A stretch of 61,283 nucleotides of DNA from Sphaerochaeta sp. GTDB lineage: Bacteria > Spirochaetota > Spirochaetia > Sphaerochaetales > Sphaerochaetaceae. Below the pieces are notes generated by a model. The model was given only the letters and a program-made list of their open reading frames with translations, was not told the DNA's origin and ran no database searches. The translations under genes were made by a program, and so were the position numbers. Below are positions 56,987-61,283 of this stretch, in pieces. How positions within the stretch are numbered: position 1 is the stretch's first letter; each line of letters opens with the position of its first letter. Location of the stretch: NCBI RefSeq assembly GCF_050178175.1, contig NZ_JBFXGH010000002.1, positions 1-61,283 of the forward strand, in the 5' to 3' direction.

Positions 56987-58147
56987 ATGAAAAAGTCCGT
57001 CCTGATCAATTTGCTGGTCATTACCATTGTTGTTACCACGTTCGTCTTTGTCGGAATGTGGTATCTTCGCCCTGGCGTGCCCAATGAAATTCTCCAGCAA
57101 GCAAAAGATAGGCAGTTGCAACCCTTGATGGAGGTAACGCCCCCGGTTAGAAAACCCACAGTGGAAGAGGTCTCAGAGGCTGAGACCTTGGCAAGGGAGC
57201 TGTTGCCCAGACTGCAAGAGCAACTTGAGCCGGTATTGAAAGACTCCATCGCTGCACAACTTCTGGAGGACGAAACACTGCTCAATTCCCTTGCAGGGCA
57301 ATTGGAGGAGCTGGTGCTTCCATCCCTCAGTGAGACGCTCAGATCTGATCAAGAAGCCTATCAGGGAGTACTTCAGAGTGAGCTTGAAGCGTATGTTGAA
57401 AAGAATTTGGCAGAGCTGAGAGCCCAAGCGGTCGATCTGCAGACAGCTATCGAGGGAAGTGTCGCCACGCAGTTGGAGGCGATGAGAGAGGAGTTGACCA
57501 AGGAAGTGGATGCCTATGTTCCCCAGTTGGTTGACCGTATGATTCCCCAGGTTGTAGCACAAATTGTCAGCCAGCTCGAGGCAAACAAGGATACCTATAT
57601 AGCGGAATTGCAAGCATCCCTACCCAGCCCTGGTCTGAGTGAGGAGGAGGCTGTTGCACTCTATGACAGGTATCGTAGTGACATGGTCATGGATTTGGCT
57701 CCAACGCTTCTTGATTCCATGGAAGAACCGGTGAGAAAGGCTGTGCAGGATTATCTGGTTGCAATGAAATTCATCCCACCTGCACCCAAGATCTCCACTC
57801 CTAGAATTTCTATCCAGGTGGATGAACCAGTAGTTGTGGAAGAAGCAATTCCTGTTATTGAGCCAGCAGTGGTAGAAGGAGTAACACCTGTAGCTGAGCC
57901 AGAAGTGGTCGAAGAAGCTGCTCCAGTAGCAGAGCCTGAAAAGGTAGAAGCAATTGCACCGGTTATGGAACCTGAAGAGGTAGAACCAGCTATTCCTCTT
58001 AAAGCGGGAGAAGAGCCCATTCTTGTTCCTTCCTTTGAAGAGAAGGAAGAAGTGGTGTTCATGGAGCCGGAGGTGTATGAATCACAGCGTCAGGATATCC
58101 GCAAAAAAGCTATTCAGGATGTCCTTGACCGGATAGCTCCTCTCTGA
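56987..58147 (+). CDS. Membrane-anchored helical protein with acidic PV(A/I)EPE repeats
   Basis: N-terminal TM, coiled-coil-like body, about 5-6 degenerate 12-aa repeats near 57820-58000. Confidence 0.75.
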   Translation: MKKSVLINLLVITIVVTTFVFVGMWYLRPGVPNEILQQAKDRQLQPLMEVTPPVRKPTVEEVSEAETLARELLPRLQEQLEPVLKDSIAAQLLEDETLLNSLAGQLEELVLPSLSETLRSDQEAYQGVLQSELEAYVEKNLAELRAQAVDLQTAIEGSVATQLEAMREELTKEVDAYVPQLVDRMIPQVVAQIVSQLEANKDTYIAELQASLPSPGLSEEEAVALYDRYRSDMVMDLAPTLLDSMEEPVRKAVQDYLVAMKFIPPAPKISTPRISIQVDEPVVVEEAIPVIEPAVVEGVTPVAEPEVVEEAAPVAEPEKVEAIAPVMEPEEVEPAIPLKAGEEPILVPSFEEKEEVVFMEPEVYESQRQDIRKKAIQDVLDRIAPL

Positions 58148-59213
58148 TTGGATCAGGATAGGTCCTGATTACTCCCTCTGCATTTCTGAACATCCATTCA
58201 CCTTGTTCATTTTTCCCCAGTAGATAGTTCCTGCCCAGAGGGACCTTTCCACCACCTTCAGGGAGATCTATTGCATACACCGGCATGGCAAGGCCTGAGA
58301 GACGCTGTCTCAGTTGCTCTTCGATGTGAAGTCCCTTCTCGATGGGTACGCGAAAGTGAGCGGTGCCTTCCACGAGGTCTCCCTGAAAGAGGTAATAGGG
58401 TTTGATCCTGTTGGAAACCAAGCGATTGCAAAGCTCAACAAGCACCTCTACATCATCATTTACCCCTCGAAGCAATACTGTCTGATTCATTGCAGGGATA
58501 CCCGCATCAACAAAGCGGTCTATCGCTTCAATTGCCTGATGGGTGAGTTCCCTCGGATGATTGAACTGGCACATGAGGTAGAATGGGGCACTCGTAAATT
58601 GCTTCAGCATGGTGATCAGGGAGTCTGTGATCCTTGCAGGATAGGAGGCTGGCATCCTTGTGCAGAGTCGGATTACAAGGTCGGGGCGCTTGCATCTGAA
58701 TGCTTCTATCATGGACTGTAAACGGGAATCAGAGAGGGTGAGTACATCACCCCCGGTAAAGAGTATTTCTGTCACTTCCTTGTGGTTTGCGACATAGGTT
58801 GCTGCCTCACTGATCTGGGTTTCACTGGCAGGCCCTTGGAAAGTCCCCGTGAAACGGCGACGGAAACAGTGCCTGCAATACAGAGGACAGATATCGGTGG
58901 TCAGGAAGGCAACCCTGCTCTTATACCGGTGAATGAGTCGGTCTTGAACGCTGTACCTGACTTCCTCCAAGGGATCTGTGGTTCCCTTGGGCTCGAAAAT
59001 CTGCTCCTCTCTTGTGGGAACCACCTGGCGCCGGAGCGGATCATCTGGATCTTCTGTGTTGATCAGGGAGAGGAAGTAGGTAGGTATCTTCATAGGGAGA
59101 GAACATCCCAGGTGTTCATCAAAGGCTATCTCATCCTCTGTAAGGGAGAGGTATTTCTGTAGTGCTTCTTTTGTAGTGACTACTGCCATATCATCACGTG
59201 TTTGCATGAGCAT
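58110..59213 (-). CDS. KamA/EpmB-family radical SAM aminomutase
   Basis: DPLRRQ, HRY, CPLYCRHCFRR, GGD, NHPRE, NQTVLLRGVND, GGGK (PLP lysine). Start 59213, 59207 or 59189. Confidence 0.92.
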   Translation of the reverse strand: MLMQTRDDMAVVTTKEALQKYLSLTEDEIAFDEHLGCSLPMKIPTYFLSLINTEDPDDPLRRQVVPTREEQIFEPKGTTDPLEEVRYSVQDRLIHRYKSRVAFLTTDICPLYCRHCFRRRFTGTFQGPASETQISEAATYVANHKEVTEILFTGGDVLTLSDSRLQSMIEAFRCKRPDLVIRLCTRMPASYPARITDSLITMLKQFTSAPFYLMCQFNHPRELTHQAIEAIDRFVDAGIPAMNQTVLLRGVNDDVEVLVELCNRLVSNRIKPYYLFQGDLVEGTAHFRVPIEKGLHIEEQLRQRLSGLAMPVYAIDLPEGGGKVPLGRNYLLGKNEQGEWMFRNAEGVIRTYPDPIREELSGQGHPE

Positions 59214-59278
59214 GGTGTACCGTAAACGCGCTATTTCGTCCAGAGCCAAGGAAAGCCTACCGCCCTTTTGAAAATGTA

Positions 59279-59294
59279 TGGTACACTTATTGCA
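59279..59294 (+). promoter_or_regulatory. sigma54 (-24/-12) promoter
   Basis: TGGTACACTTATTGCA = GG-N10-GC, 26 nt before the MFS ATG, with an AAGGAG SD just after the expected start site. Confidence 0.7.
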
Positions 59295-59320
59295 ATTGGA
59301 GCGTAACAAGGAGTATTTCG

Positions 59321-60652
59321 ATGGCCAAAGCACAAAAAAAAGGGTTGAAAGGGTACTACACCACCACCTTTCTGATCGGTCTTGGATTTTTTACCATGGG
59401 ACTGATGGACCCTCTCTATGATACCTACGTCCCTATCTTTCTCGCCCGTTTTGTAGAATCCAAGGCCCTGATCGGGTCGATCATGACCTTTGATAATATT
59501 CTGGCCATATTCCTGATTCCTGTCTTCAGTGCCATCAGCGATAGGACCCATACGAGGATTGGGCGAAGGATGCCGTTTATCGTCATCTGTCTCCCCGTTA
59601 CAGCGGTTGCCTTTGGCCTGATACCCTTCTCGGCATTGAACAGTCTCTGGCTGCTTATCCTGCTGGTGTTCATTCTCAACCTGTTCAAACAGGCGGTCAG
59701 GGGACCTGTCGTCGCACTCATGCCTGATATGATACCCGGAAATCTCCGCAGCGAAGCCAACGGTGTAATCAATACCATGGGAGGCATTGCCACCATCGTA
59801 GGAACAGTCGGTCTTGCACGGCTGATGGATATCCCGATCAATCTTCCCGGGCGTGGTCCCACCACTGAAATCCTTGCATTCCCCATCTCCTCTGTTCTTG
59901 TCATCATCGCCGTACTGCTTCTCTTCTTCTTTGTAAAGGAGAGAAAGGCAACAGCGTCTGAGCAAAGCGAAAAAAAGGAACCAATCCTTCACTCCCTGAA
60001 GGTCATTTTCAAGGAGCAGGACAAGAGTGCACTCTTTATTCTGCTCTCATTACTGTTCTGGTTCATGGGGTATCAGGGGATCCTTCCCTTTGTCGGCCTG
60101 TACTCAAAGGATATCCTGAGAACCAGCAGTGGCACCGCAAGTCTGGCTGCCGGCATGGTTGGCATTGCATACGCCCTCTTCGCCATTCCTTCAGGAATTG
60201 TTGCACACCGGGTAGGAAGAAAGAAAACGATCCGTCTCTCCTTGGCTATCCTGGTTGTACTGCTGGTGGGAGTCTTCCTGCATGATCCACTGACCAGTGG
60301 GATGAGTGATGCATTCCGTCAATATACCTTCTGGGCCCTGCTGTTCGGCTTTGGAATATTTTGGGTGTCTGTGGTTACCAACAGTTTCCCGATGCTCTGG
60401 CAGATGTCTACCTATCAGACGGTGGGTATTTATACTGGCCTATACTATTTCTTCAGCCAGCTCGCGTCGATCATCAGTCCCCCGATTACCGGAGCCTTTA
60501 TTGACTTGTTCGGATTCAGGGCAATATTCCTCTATGGGTCAGTTTCCATGCTGATTGCATTCTTCCTGATGGGTCAGGTCAAGAGAGGGGAGCCCTCTGA
60601 CGATGGGAAACATGAGAACCTAGAAACCGATGATGCCAAGGTGGGAGAATAG
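59321..60652 (+). CDS. MFS/GPH sugar transporter (maltose/sucrose-type)
   Basis: About 12 TM, SDRT.TR.GRRMPF, P.VALMPD, GIYTGLYY. Confidence 0.88.
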   Translation: MAKAQKKGLKGYYTTTFLIGLGFFTMGLMDPLYDTYVPIFLARFVESKALIGSIMTFDNILAIFLIPVFSAISDRTHTRIGRRMPFIVICLPVTAVAFGLIPFSALNSLWLLILLVFILNLFKQAVRGPVVALMPDMIPGNLRSEANGVINTMGGIATIVGTVGLARLMDIPINLPGRGPTTEILAFPISSVLVIIAVLLLFFFVKERKATASEQSEKKEPILHSLKVIFKEQDKSALFILLSLLFWFMGYQGILPFVGLYSKDILRTSSGTASLAAGMVGIAYALFAIPSGIVAHRVGRKKTIRLSLAILVVLLVGVFLHDPLTSGMSDAFRQYTFWALLFGFGIFWVSVVTNSFPMLWQMSTYQTVGIYTGLYYFFSQLASIISPPITGAFIDLFGFRAIFLYGSVSMLIAFFLMGQVKRGEPSDDGKHENLETDDAKVGE

Positions 60653-61195
60653 GATTTTCCCTCCGATGAGGATAAGCACAATCCCTCCCAGAATCCCCGC
60701 CTTGCTCTGCAGGCGATTACCAAAATGGTTTCCGATGATGACGGCAAGCAGTGAGAGGAAAAATGTGACAATGCCGATCAAGGAGGTGGAGAGGATGATA
60801 TCGGTGTTCAGGAATGCGAGGGTGATCCCAACTGCCAAGGCATCGATACTGGTTGCAACGGATAGGAGCAGAAGCTCTTTGAGATCAATATGATCCACTG
60901 TTTCCACGGGGCAGGTGGGGTCTTCTGTAATGGAATCATAGAGCATCTTTGCTCCTACGAGGGAGAGGAGGATGAACGCAATCCAATGGTCTACCGGTGT
61001 AATGAAACGTTCAAACTGATGACCAAGCGACCATCCTATGAGCGGCATTCCCGCTTGGAAGAACCCGAAGGAGAATGCGATGAGGATTCCTTGGGGCCAA
61101 TTGATTCTACGCATCCTAAGTCCTTTGCATAAGGATACAGCAAACGCATCCATAGCGAGGCCTACAGAGAGCATGAGCAATTCTATGATTCCCAA
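60620..61195 (-). CDS. mntP: Manganese efflux pump MntP
   Basis: LAMDAFAV, FQAGMP, DHWIAF, ATSIDALAVG. Probable TTG start at 61195, 8 nt after GGAGG. Confidence 0.92.
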   Translation of the reverse strand: MGIIELLMLSVGLAMDAFAVSLCKGLRMRRINWPQGILIAFSFGFFQAGMPLIGWSLGHQFERFITPVDHWIAFILLSLVGAKMLYDSITEDPTCPVETVDHIDLKELLLLSVATSIDALAVGITLAFLNTDIILSTSLIGIVTFFLSLLAVIIGNHFGNRLQSKAGILGGIVLILIGGKILFSHLGIIGF

Positions 61196-61225
61196 GAGTG
61201 GGTCCTCCAGCATTTCATGAAGCTG

Positions 61226-61254
61226 AGTATAGGAGTTTTCTGCCTGAAACTCAA
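61226..61254 (-). promoter_or_regulatory. sigma70 promoter of mntP
   Basis: TTGAGT-17 nt-TATACT. Confidence 0.65.
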
Positions 61255-61283
61255 GATTGAGAAAAAAGCCATGAATGTTGGAT

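Overview
A mostly housekeeping chromosomal segment of about 50% GC. Gene content and style suggest a Sphaerochaeta-like spirochaete (inference): carD-ispD-ispF, lptCAB-rpoN-hpf-hprK-ptsH-lexA-holA, polA-coaE, and an 'AQGxxE' binding-protein signal. It holds about 58 CDS, two tRNAs (Leu-CAG and Arg-CCG, both minus strand), a TRAP transporter, and a TolC/MFP/MacB-type exporter with a sigma54 two-component system. I found no CRISPR array, integrase or transposase. The least explained signals are: (1) two diverged copies of a ~95-nt multi-stem intergenic element (4994-5090, 26224-26315) with a compensatory base-pair change; (2) ten genes with a TANNNT box 6-7 nt before ATG and no SD, suggesting widespread leaderless mRNAs; (3) a fused VbhA-like antitoxin-Fic gene; (4) a frameshifted ferric-reductase-like/DOMON operon beside tRNA-Leu; (5) a near-consensus sigma54 promoter before an MFS sugar transporter; (6) several candidate outer-membrane and acidic-repeat envelope proteins. 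All protein assignments come from motif recognition by eye; no database search was run.
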